Source: an uncultured Chloroflexia bacterium
GTDB lineage: Bacteria; Chloroflexota; Chloroflexia; QHBQ01; JADMIH01
Assembly (NCBI GenBank): GCA_963797095.1
Contig: CAWCNY010000006.1
Coordinates: forward strand, 608,001-672,000
Direction of reading: 5' to 3'
Length of the DNA: 64,000 nucleotides
Of this stretch, positions 1 through 8,587 are shown in pieces. The notes under the pieces were generated by a model. The model saw nothing but the letters and a program-made list of their open reading frames with translations. It was not told the DNA's origin and did not search any database. How positions within the stretch are numbered: position 1 is the first letter of the stretch; every line of letters starts with the position of its first letter. Made by a program: the position numbers and the translations under genes.

Positions 1-188
1 AAGCGGCTGTCCCCCTCTCCACGAGGGCGCACGATGGTGCCTCCGTGCCGGCCAACTGTGTCTTCAATTATGTGGTCGTGACGGGCGAGGGCTGTGCGTG
101 TCTGATCCGGGTAGCGCTCCCAAAGCTGAGTGCTCCCCTCTATATCGGTAAAGAGGAAGGTCACCGTCCCAGTTGGTAAGTTGGACAT
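1..188 (-). CDS. Class III adenylate/guanylate cyclase domain protein, N-terminus (runs off window)
   Basis: Manual translation from ATG at 188: MSNLPTGTVTFLFTDIEGSTQLWERYP...ALARHD...RPRGEGDS, the cyclase FTDIEGST/GD motifs. Not in the ORF track because it is truncated. Confidence 0.9.
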   Translation of the reverse strand, partial: MSNLPTGTVTFLFTDIEGSTQLWERYPDQTRTALARHDHIIEDTVGRHGGTIVRPRGEGDSR

Positions 189-377
189 ATTCATAGCTAT
201 TGCCATGATCACTTGCCAATAGAGAGCCCAACGCAGGCCCAGGAGGGGTGCGCATCGGGCCATGCGAATTTGACGCTATTATAACACGGAGAAGGAAAGC
301 GCCGGAAACGAGCAGCGGCATCAACGACGTGTGAGCATAACGAGGGAGCAGACAATCACGGGCTGACAATCAAGACA

Positions 378-406
378 TTGACAGAAGTCGCACACGGTCG
401 TACAAT
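378..406 (+). promoter_or_regulatory. Sigma70 promoter for the LLM-MenA operon
   Basis: TTGACA (378-383), 17 bp spacer, TACAAT (401-406). Confidence 0.8.
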
Positions 407-408
407 GT

Positions 409-430
409 GATTGTGATCAGTTTCACAATC
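409..430. promoter_or_regulatory. Palindromic operator, Rex-like or CRP/FNR-like
   Basis: GATTGTGA-TCAGTT-TCACAATC: one mismatch to Rex TTGTGAA-N4-TTCACAA and a perfect TGTGA-N6-TCACA; lies over the predicted transcription start. Confidence 0.7.
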
Positions 431-464
431 GGTTGTATTGAGCAGCCGGGAGGAGTGCAGAGAG

Positions 465-2525
465 ATGGGTGAGTTATTGCAGCCTATCGGAATCGGGCTA
501 GCTGCGCGCGGCGAGGTTGAGGATGTCGTTGGATGGGCGCAGGACGCTCAGCGGCGCGGGTTGGATTCCGTTTGGATACACGATTCTTACTTTGAGAGAG
601 ACGCCGTCACCTATGCATCGGCTATCGCGGCGCAGGTGCCTGAGATCAGAGTGGCTATGGGAGCACTCAACCCGCTGACCAGGCACCCCGTAGTGTTAGC
701 CATGACTGTGAGCGCGCTGGACGAGATGGCTCCCGGCAGGATTATTCTGGGGATGGGCACGGGGTTGCCGCTCAGGCTGGCGCAGATGGGGATACCCTAT
801 ACTCCTGACGCGGGGGTGGATGTGGTGAGCAAAGCGATAGACACCGTGAGGGCGCTCTGGTCCGGGCAGCGCATCCCCTCGGCCACGCCGGGCCTACCCC
901 CGGTGCAGCCGATGTTTGCCCCCGTACACCATGTGCCGATCTATATTGCGGCCTACAGAACACCCTTCTTAAAACTGGCAGGTGAGAAAGCCGATGGGTA
1001 TCTGGCACGACCCGCTGAGTCCGTAGCGAACTTCAAGAGAATGATACCGATCATCAGGAAGGCGTCGCTGGCAGCCGGAAGGCCCGAAAACGCCGTGAGC
1101 GTGGCAGGCTATCTGCTGGCTTTTATCGATAAGACTCGGCGCGAGGCGCTCAATCGGGCCAAGCGCGAGCCTTTCGTAATCTATATGATGAGCGTGTTAT
1201 CCGATTTCTCTTTGCAGCAGGTGGGCTTCGAGAAGGAATTGAGAGATTCGATCATGGCGGCCTGGCGGGCCGAGGACTACCATAAGGCAGCCGGGCTGAT
1301 CCCCGACGAGATGCTCGATGCGTTCATGCTGTGCGGCACGCAGGAGGATGTAGCGCTCAAGGTAGCCCAGTTCCGCGATGTAGGCATGAACCTGCCCCTC
1401 TTGCAGCCGGTCGTGCAGGACGACGAGCAGATGAAGGCGATCCTGGAGACGGCGGTGCTGTACGGCACCGGCGCGGTTGGAGCAAGAAGACGGACGACAG
1501 ACGGTGAACCGGTGGCGGTGGCGGCTTCAATCCAAAATCCGCAATCCGAAGCCCAGGATCGGGCGGGCGGACTGGCCGACGACCGAAGTTTGACGTTCGG
1601 CCAGAGAGTTTGGCGGCACGCTAAGGGGTGGTACGAGATCGCCCGGCCCTTCAGTTTCACCGCCTCATCGGCTCCGGTGGCGGCGGCTGGCGCTCTGGCC
1701 GCCCTGGATGGGCTGTTTGACTGGAAGCTCTTCCTGCTGGCGCTATTTGGGATTGTGTTCCTGCACATCGGCACGAATGTGACCAACGAGATATATGACG
1801 TGCGGCGTGGAGTTGATACGATCACATCACCAAGGGCCAGCCTGGCGCTGCTGAAAGGCCGTATAACCGAGCGTGAGGCATTCGTGATCGTGGGGTTGTC
1901 GTTCGCGCTGGCCACTGTGCTGGGTGTGTTGTTGATAATCGAGCGTGGGTGGCCGATCCTGGCTCTTGGGTTGCTTGGATTAATAGGTGGTTGGGGCTAC
2001 ACAGCCCCGCCGCTACAGTATAAGTACAAGGCTATAGGCATACCGCTCGTGTTCACCCTCTTTGGGCCGCTCTCCGTAGTGGGCGCTTATTACGCTATCA
2101 CCGGTACCTGGAGCTGGCAGGCGTTGGTCTTGAGCGTGCCCGTGGGTCTCCTCGTCGCGGCGATATTGCATGGCAACGAATGGCGCGACATCACGGACGA
2201 TGCACGCATGGGCACCGCCTCATTCTCGATAATGTTCGGGCGGCGGGCCGCCTATTACGCATACGTCTCGCTGGTAGTGGGTGCATACGTGACGCTTAGT
2301 ATCGGTGTGTTCCTGGGCTGGCTGCCGAGGGAGACCATACTTGCGATGTTGTCGCTCCCTCTGTTGGTGCGAGCTATCAGAGCCTCCGAACTGGGCGTAA
2401 GCGGTCAGCAAAGAGCGATTGCCATGATCGACCTGGAAACCGCGCAATTGCACGCGGCGTTCGGATATTTGCTCGTACTAGGGTTGGTGTTAGGCGTATT
2501 CTTGCCCGGGTTGCTGGGAACGTAA
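465..2525 (+). CDS. Fusion of an LLM-class flavin/F420 oxidoreductase with a MenA/UbiA-family prenyltransferase
   Basis: N-half has luciferase/Mer-like motifs (DSVWIHD, NPLTRHP, GRIILGMGTG). C-half has ARPFSFTAS, NVTNEIYDVRRGVD, NEWRDITDD and several TM helices. AGGAG RBS at 451. Confidence 0.85.
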   Translation: MGELLQPIGIGLAARGEVEDVVGWAQDAQRRGLDSVWIHDSYFERDAVTYASAIAAQVPEIRVAMGALNPLTRHPVVLAMTVSALDEMAPGRIILGMGTGLPLRLAQMGIPYTPDAGVDVVSKAIDTVRALWSGQRIPSATPGLPPVQPMFAPVHHVPIYIAAYRTPFLKLAGEKADGYLARPAESVANFKRMIPIIRKASLAAGRPENAVSVAGYLLAFIDKTRREALNRAKREPFVIYMMSVLSDFSLQQVGFEKELRDSIMAAWRAEDYHKAAGLIPDEMLDAFMLCGTQEDVALKVAQFRDVGMNLPLLQPVVQDDEQMKAILETAVLYGTGAVGARRRTTDGEPVAVAASIQNPQSEAQDRAGGLADDRSLTFGQRVWRHAKGWYEIARPFSFTASSAPVAAAGALAALDGLFDWKLFLLALFGIVFLHIGTNVTNEIYDVRRGVDTITSPRASLALLKGRITEREAFVIVGLSFALATVLGVLLIIERGWPILALGLLGLIGGWGYTAPPLQYKYKAIGIPLVFTLFGPLSVVGAYYAITGTWSWQALVLSVPVGLLVAAILHGNEWRDITDDARMGTASFSIMFGRRAAYYAYVSLVVGAYVTLSIGVFLGWLPRETILAMLSLPLLVRAIRASELGVSGQQRAIAMIDLETAQLHAAFGYLLVLGLVLGVFLPGLLGT

Positions 2526-2561
2526 ACCTCGTTTCTTCGTGTACCAAAAGAAAGTTAAGCG

Positions 2562-3203
2562 ATGAATAAGATCCTGAAGGATAAGGTACTGTTGGGTGGG
2601 TTGGCCGCGGCGTTTGGTGCGTTCGCGCTGACTTTTCGAGGGCCGCGCCCGCAATTCTGGAACAGGATGACCCTGACCGGATTGTCTCTGGGGAGTCTTT
2701 CTTTAGCTTCGCGACCTGAATTGCGCAAGACCAGGATCGGACCCAAAGATGTGGCGGCGGGCCTGGGGTCAGCGGCGGTACTTTACATAATATTTAGAGT
2801 AGGCGACAAACTGGCACGAGCGATCATGCCAAATGGCGCGGCTGAGATCGATGACATTTACAAACTTCAGAACCTTGGCTCGAAAAAAGGGCTGGCCGCT
2901 CGGCTGATCACAATCATAGGGCCTGCCGAGGAGCTTTTCTGGCGCGGCCTTGTGCAGGGTACGCTGGCGGAGGCCCTAGGCAAGCCCGCAGGGTGGGCGC
3001 TGGCTACGGCAGCATACGGCGGTGCGCACCTTGTAACAGGCAATGTCACCCTCATCGGTGCGGCCGCTGTGGCCGGTGGATACTGGGGCGGTCTCTATGC
3101 CGCAGGTGTGCCGATGGGCGCGCTGATCGTGAGCCACGCCGCATGGGATGTCTACATTTTCTTGATCGCTCCCACAGTGCTTGCAAAAGACGACCGACAA
3201 TAG
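2562..3203 (+). CDS. CPBP (CAAX/Abi) intramembrane metalloprotease
   Basis: EELFWRG, xAH and SHAAWD motifs; hydrophobic. Confidence 0.85.
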   Translation: MNKILKDKVLLGGLAAAFGAFALTFRGPRPQFWNRMTLTGLSLGSLSLASRPELRKTRIGPKDVAAGLGSAAVLYIIFRVGDKLARAIMPNGAAEIDDIYKLQNLGSKKGLAARLITIIGPAEELFWRGLVQGTLAEALGKPAGWALATAAYGGAHLVTGNVTLIGAAAVAGGYWGGLYAAGVPMGALIVSHAAWDVYIFLIAPTVLAKDDRQ

Positions 3204-3488
3204 ACGAAGGATCAAGTTTCCGTTGCCAATCGTCCTTCGTCGTTCGGCATTCGTCCTCCCGAATCGTATTGAGAACACCCGCAGGGACCAGCAGCATCAC
3301 CGTGGTATGACCAAATGCCTATGGTAGACCGCAGGCTTTTGCGCCTACAATATTAGGAGGAGTTTGCCTGCATAGCCTTGCCGATCAATGCGATACCGCA
3401 ACGGCTGCGGGCCTCAGGTTGGGCGCGGCATATTCACCAGGAGGAGATTGAGAAACGCAAAGGACGTTTCGCCAGGTCGAGAGCAGCA

Positions 3489-4442
3489 ATGAAAGTGACA
3501 CTCTACACGAAGTCCGATTCTTCGGAATCTCGCCGCGTTTGGGATCTGCTGGAGCAGTTGAGCGCGCAACACGAGTTCGATTTGCGCGAGGCACAGTCAC
3601 CTGATGGCGCACCTGCACCCTGTGTACGGTTTGATGCCCCAGGCTCACCCTTCCACAACGCCAACGGGCTTACACAAGAGCTCTTCCTGGAGTACCTGGA
3701 TGACGCCAGAAGGTCACTTACCCCTACCGTCGATGCTCGGAAGGATAAGCCAGGTCGTACAACGCCCAGGAGGAAAGCAGGGAGCCTCCCCACAGCTACT
3801 TATGAAGCAACCCATCCGATCCGCTCGTTTCTCTGGAGGCACCGGGTAGGAGGCATAATTGGTGCGCTTTCCGGCTTTGTGGGGCTGGCCTGGGTCGCTC
3901 CTCTTACTACCTCGTGGGGATGGGGTAATGGCTTCTACAATGCAGTTCACAGCGTCTATCGCCTGGTATGTGACCAGGTGCCGGAGCGTTCCGCACAACT
4001 GGGGGGCTTTCCTGTGTGCCTGTGCTGGCGTTGTACTGCCATTTATCTGGGCGCGCTCACTTTCGGCATCATTTACACTGTAGGTCGAGATCGCAAGATC
4101 GACTGGCTGAAGTGGCTTGTGCGTCCTGTGTCGCTGGGAGTTATGCTGCTGTATGGACTGCCTCTTATCCTTGATGGGGCCACTCACACCCTCGGGTTGA
4201 GGCCCGGCATCAACTATGCCAACTCACCCGACTTCTGGCTGTCTTGGGAAGCGCTCTCGGCAGACTGGTGGCTGCGCATTGTCACCGCCCTCATCGCTAC
4301 GATAGGTGCGGTGAAGTTCCTTTGCCCACGTCTGGACAAACTGGGTTACGCTTATGAGCGACTGTACAATCTTCGAAGGCTGGATAAAGGCCATACTCTG
4401 GATGGCTCAACATCTGCCATAAGCAGTATCGGGCCGTCATAG
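3489..4442 (+). CDS. DUF2085-type membrane protein with a degenerate glutaredoxin-like N-terminus
   Basis: CDQVPERS...CLCWRCTAIYLG resembles DUF2085; start MKVTLYTK chosen. Confidence 0.65.
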   Translation: MKVTLYTKSDSSESRRVWDLLEQLSAQHEFDLREAQSPDGAPAPCVRFDAPGSPFHNANGLTQELFLEYLDDARRSLTPTVDARKDKPGRTTPRRKAGSLPTATYEATHPIRSFLWRHRVGGIIGALSGFVGLAWVAPLTTSWGWGNGFYNAVHSVYRLVCDQVPERSAQLGGFPVCLCWRCTAIYLGALTFGIIYTVGRDRKIDWLKWLVRPVSLGVMLLYGLPLILDGATHTLGLRPGINYANSPDFWLSWEALSADWWLRIVTALIATIGAVKFLCPRLDKLGYAYERLYNLRRLDKGHTLDGSTSAISSIGPS

Positions 4443-4465
4443 GTCGCTGAACCGAGGACCTGGCG

Positions 4466-5482
4466 TCACCCTCCAGGCTGAATCCTTTTCCCCGTTCGTG
4501 CTGCCTCTTTCAGTGCATCGATAACCTGCATGTTGTGCAGGCTACCCTCCAGCGTGTACGCCAGTGGATGATCGTTTAGCACCGCATCCGCGAAGTGCTC
4601 GATCATAAGATAGTTCTGGTAGGTTTCCGGCACCTCAATAATCTCTATATGCCCCGGATTGTCCCCACCATCCGCCTTATCAAGCTTAATCTCGGCAGGC
4701 CCGGCCCCCTTGCGGAATGGTTGGGCTACCGTGATAAGCCCCTCCGTGCCCGACACCGTGAGCCATTGTTGTTGTGTTACTCCTGTCCTGAAACTGCAAT
4801 CGACAGTTGCGAGCACATCGCCGGGAAACTCCAATGTGCCTACCACTGTTTCCTCAACTCCCGACGGTGCCCATACCGCGCTGGCAGTGACAGCCTGCGG
4901 CGGCACGCCCGCCACCATCAGCGAGACGTTGACGCAGTAGCACCCAACGTCCATAAGCGCGCCCCCGGCCAGGTCGGCGCTCCACCGGATGTCGTCCGGC
5001 CTGGTCAGCGCGAAGCCGAACGTGGCGCGGATCACCTTTATCTTGCCGATTGCGCCGCTGGAAAGCAGTTGCCACAACCGGCCCATCAAGGGGTGGAAGC
5101 GATACATAAAAGCTTCCATAGCTTTGACGCCGTTCGCTTCGGCTGCGGCCATTATCTTCCCCACGTCGGACGCGTTGCTTGCAAGCGGCTTCTCGCACAG
5201 CACGTGCTTGCCCTGTTCCATTGCCTTGATGCTCCACTCCTTATGCAAAGCATTGGGCAACGGGATGTACACCGCATCGATAACGTCCGAGGCGAGCATT
5301 TCCTCGTAGCTGCCGAAGGCGAACGGCACCTCACGCTGTTTTGCCCACGCCTGCGCTGTGCCGAGGTCGCGGCTCGCGATGGCCATAAGCTCGCTGTTGG
5401 AAGACATCTTTATAGCGCGCACCTGCGCATCGGCTATACGCGCCGTGCTGAGCACGCCCCAGCGAAGTCGAGAGGTTGGCAT
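4466..5482 (-). CDS. Gfo/Idh/MocA oxidoreductase
   Basis: RWGVLSTARIA, YIPLPNALH, GKHVLCEKP, GGALMDVGCY. Confidence 0.92.
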   Translation of the reverse strand: MPTSRLRWGVLSTARIADAQVRAIKMSSNSELMAIASRDLGTAQAWAKQREVPFAFGSYEEMLASDVIDAVYIPLPNALHKEWSIKAMEQGKHVLCEKPLASNASDVGKIMAAAEANGVKAMEAFMYRFHPLMGRLWQLLSSGAIGKIKVIRATFGFALTRPDDIRWSADLAGGALMDVGCYCVNVSLMVAGVPPQAVTASAVWAPSGVEETVVGTLEFPGDVLATVDCSFRTGVTQQQWLTVSGTEGLITVAQPFRKGAGPAEIKLDKADGGDNPGHIEIIEVPETYQNYLMIEHFADAVLNDHPLAYTLEGSLHNMQVIDALKEAARTGKRIQPGG

Positions 5483-5546
5483 TCGTTACCTCCAGGTGCC
5501 TATCTTCGTACTTGTCAATAAAGAGTGTCCAGCTCCATAAAGAGAC

Positions 5547-5577
5547 ACGGAGAACCGGCCTTTTCCCGGTTCTCCGT
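5547..5577. terminator. Stem-loop downstream of the DUF4342 gene
   Basis: ACGGAGAACCGG...CCGGTTCTCCGT. Confidence 0.5.
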
Positions 5578-5629
5578 AAATTAGCACCACTCGCAGGCTC
5601 TGTCAAGAAGCCTCGCCTGTAAAGGAATT

Positions 5630-5899
5630 TCAGTCCCTGCGCTCGACCACGATGGTCAGGTCAGCCGCAAGGGCCGCAATCGCACCGATAGCCGCCCACA
5701 TAGGGAGCAACAGCGCGCCGACCACTCCTGCGGTTAGCGGAAACTCAGCTATGGTCTGCCCTGTATCGTTCTTGATAACGATGCGGCGCACATTTCCCTC
5801 GTGCAGCAGTTCCTTGATCTTCGATAGGAGTTGCTCACCGCTAAGCTTAAACTCCTCGGTAGTGGTTTTCTCTTCTTTGGTAGTAGTTTCGTCAGCCAT
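5630..5899 (-). CDS. DUF4342 domain protein
   Basis: KIKELLHEGNVRRIVIK...EFPLTAGVVGALLLP...IVVER; GGAGG RBS. Confidence 0.85.
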   Translation of the reverse strand: MADETTTKEEKTTTEEFKLSGEQLLSKIKELLHEGNVRRIVIKNDTGQTIAEFPLTAGVVGALLLPMWAAIGAIAALAADLTIVVERRD

Positions 5900-6351
5900 G
5901 TCAAAACCTCCTGTTGTTGGGCGGCACTCTGGGCCGCCAATCACTCTTACCCATGCTTTTCGCTCAATATCCTCCGCTTAAGGGCGAGCGTGATGAGCCT
6001 GGTCAATTTACCTCATTATATACCCTCATTATATACGTGGTACATTTGTCTTGCGTTGCACCCTCCTATGAGACTATAGGTATCGAAGCGATCACGAGTT
6101 ACACTCTGAATAATGAGGTCAAATTCTCCTATCCTAATATCAGCAATCAGCGTTCGCGCGACCCAATTTGGAATGTTATTATGGCCTGGGGACGTGGATA
6201 CGCCCAATTTGTGTCCGCCGCATCTCGGCTACAGGCCGCACGATTGGGTACAATTTGCTTCGGCAAGCCATCTGATGCGTGGAGTAGATCATCCGGCACA
6301 CCCAAGAATAGCCGGGGATTGGCGCTATTAGACAGAGTGGAGAGCTAGTGC

Positions 6352-7716
6352 GTGGCGCGAAGAATAGTGTTGGCAGTTGTGGCTGCATATTTTATCCTAT
6401 CCACACTGTACAATCTTGCAGTGCCTGTAGGAGAAGCACCGGATGAGCCTGCGCACATCGACTATGTGCGCATAATCTTGCGCACAGGGCAATTTCCCAC
6501 GATCCCTCTTGGCTCGCCACGCTACTCTTACGAAGCTGAGCAACCTCCCCTCTATTATCTGTTGGGGGCGGGTTGGATGGGCTTGTTGTGGCCCAATTCC
6601 AATATCCTCCCTTCCCTATCAGACAATCCTGACTTCTCGTTCGCAAAAGAGACGCCTTATAACGCTTACTTACATACGTATCCCGCTCAGGAAGATGTTC
6701 CTGCTCATCTATTGCGCTTGCTATCAACATTGCTGGGATTGGGAACTCTTGCATTGATATGGTTGAGCGCGCAAGAGGCATGGTACACCCATCCAGGTGT
6801 TACAGACGAAGGCACCTCGATCGCTCCCCACTTTCCCACTGCCGCCTTAATCGCTACCGGGTTTGTAGCTCTTTTGCCTGGTTTTACCTTCACATCTGGT
6901 ACGGTCACTAATGATACCCTGGCTGCCCTTGCCGGTGCCTGCATAGTGTACCTGACTATAAGAATTATCAGGCGAGGCGCCACGTTGCCTCTTGCTGCTC
7001 TGGCAGGCATTACACTTGGCCTGGCACTCCTGAGCAAGTGGTCCTTAGCCGTGTTTGCCCCATTGCCGGTACTAGCCTGTCTACTTGCGCCTGGTACTGG
7101 CAATAGGTGGCGAGCAAAGGTTGTGCATATTGCCATGATTATGGTTATAGCACTTGTTATTGGCGGGTGGCCTTTCTTGAGCAATCTTTTGGAATATGGG
7201 GATCCTCTTGCGACTCAGGCACGGCTAGCAGTCAAATCGCCTATCGTATCACCGTTGGCGAATATGCCTTTCTTCTGGCTGAATCGAGGCTATGTTGGTG
7301 GGTTGTTCGATTCTCTGTGGGGCGTGTTTGGGCTGAGGAATTTGCAGCTACCCAGCGCGGTTTATGTTTTTTACTATCTAATGTTAGTGTTGGGACTTAC
7401 TCTTTCTCTCTATTCTTTGCGAAAGGCCGATAGCACCAATCGTAAGGTGTTAACTATCCTTGCTCTAACGCTGGCTTTGATCTATGCAGGCGTGGCTTAC
7501 CAGAATACGCAGTTCTGGGCGATACAGGGCCGCTTGCTCTTGCCTGGATTGGGAGCGCTTGCCCTTCTGATCGGATGGGGTACAACTCGCCTGTTCGAAA
7601 TGTTGCGGCTTCGCCCCCGTACCCTCGTAGCAGTCACATCTCTTCTTATGCTTGGACTGCTCATATTGAACTTTTACGCATTGATGGGCACACTCATAGT
7701 CGGGTATTATGGCTAA
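6352..7716 (+). CDS. GT-C fold membrane glycosyltransferase (GT39/DUF2142-like)
   Basis: APDEPAH, QPPLYY, NDTL, QGRLLLP motifs; many TM helices. Confidence 0.75.
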   Translation: MARRIVLAVVAAYFILSTLYNLAVPVGEAPDEPAHIDYVRIILRTGQFPTIPLGSPRYSYEAEQPPLYYLLGAGWMGLLWPNSNILPSLSDNPDFSFAKETPYNAYLHTYPAQEDVPAHLLRLLSTLLGLGTLALIWLSAQEAWYTHPGVTDEGTSIAPHFPTAALIATGFVALLPGFTFTSGTVTNDTLAALAGACIVYLTIRIIRRGATLPLAALAGITLGLALLSKWSLAVFAPLPVLACLLAPGTGNRWRAKVVHIAMIMVIALVIGGWPFLSNLLEYGDPLATQARLAVKSPIVSPLANMPFFWLNRGYVGGLFDSLWGVFGLRNLQLPSAVYVFYYLMLVLGLTLSLYSLRKADSTNRKVLTILALTLALIYAGVAYQNTQFWAIQGRLLLPGLGALALLIGWGTTRLFEMLRLRPRTLVAVTSLLMLGLLILNFYALMGTLIVGYYG

Positions 7717-7795
7717 ATGTTAACTAACGGTCTTATGTTATAATGCAAAGCAAGGTTTTTGCCTTGACTTTTGAAGACGAGGAAAAGAGAGGGTA

Positions 7796-8380
7796 ATGAA
7801 AGTAATTTTGACGCAGGCCGTGCCTGGCCTGGGAGAGGCGGGCGCTGTCAAAGAAGTGGCCGATGGGTATGCCCGCAACTATCTCTTGCCGCGGAAGCTC
7901 GCGGTCACCGCTACTCGCGGGTCGTTGAAGCAAGCCGAGGCACAGGCCGGCGTATTCGCACGCCGTGCACAGAAGGCTGTCAGCACCGCTCAAGGGGCGG
8001 CATCAGCAGTCGACGGCAAGAGCGTGAAGATTCGCGCCCGCGTCGGGTCGGAGAACCGCCTGTATGGCTCCGTTACAGCCGCTGACATCGCAGAGGCGTT
8101 GCTGACCCAGTACGGCGTAGAACTTGACCGCCGTAAGATCGCCATCGACGAGGTGATCCACAGGACGGGCACCTACTCCGCCATTGCTGACTTCGGCCAG
8201 GGTATCGTTGCCAAATTCAACGTCGAAGTCGCGCCTGAAGTGGCCGGAGCGCATGGCAAAGCCTCGCGTGGTGAAGAGAGCGCAGCCGCAACGGAGGCAT
8301 CTCCGGCAGAGCCTGCCGAGGCAATTGAGGCCGAAGGCGAGGCCGCCGCCGAGGAGACCGGTGAGCAGGCCGAGGGCTAA
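7796..8380 (+). CDS. rplI: 50S ribosomal protein bL9 with acidic C-tail
   Basis: VKEVADGYARNYLLP, RLYGSVT. Confidence 0.97.
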   Translation: MKVILTQAVPGLGEAGAVKEVADGYARNYLLPRKLAVTATRGSLKQAEAQAGVFARRAQKAVSTAQGAASAVDGKSVKIRARVGSENRLYGSVTAADIAEALLTQYGVELDRRKIAIDEVIHRTGTYSAIADFGQGIVAKFNVEVAPEVAGAHGKASRGEESAAATEASPAEPAEAIEAEGEAAAEETGEQAEG

Positions 8381-8396
8381 GAAAGAGTCTGTATCG

Positions 8397-8425
8397 GTAT
8401 GGGCGACCCACCGGGTCGCCCATAC
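8397..8425. repeat. REP-like perfect hairpin
   Basis: GTATGGGCGACCC-ACC-GGGTCGCCCATAC. Confidence 0.7.
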
Positions 8426-8587
8426 GGGATGTAAGGCGGCGGTTGTGGAAATGTGTTAATCTACGCGTCGCCAGGGAAATGGGCATTACAATAGAATAAG
8501 AGCGCCGGTGCTACAGTCGAGGATGTAGCAGACCATGCGTTTTGAGTTATTAGCAGATTGAGTTAGTGTAAGCGCAGGTAGCACCGT

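Noticed and set aside
64-369. 101-aa minus-strand ORF
   Set aside because: Overlaps the cyclase gene in a different frame; no motifs
5914-6348. 144-aa ORF in an AT-richer intergenic region
   Set aside because: No RBS or motif; probably a divergent promoter region
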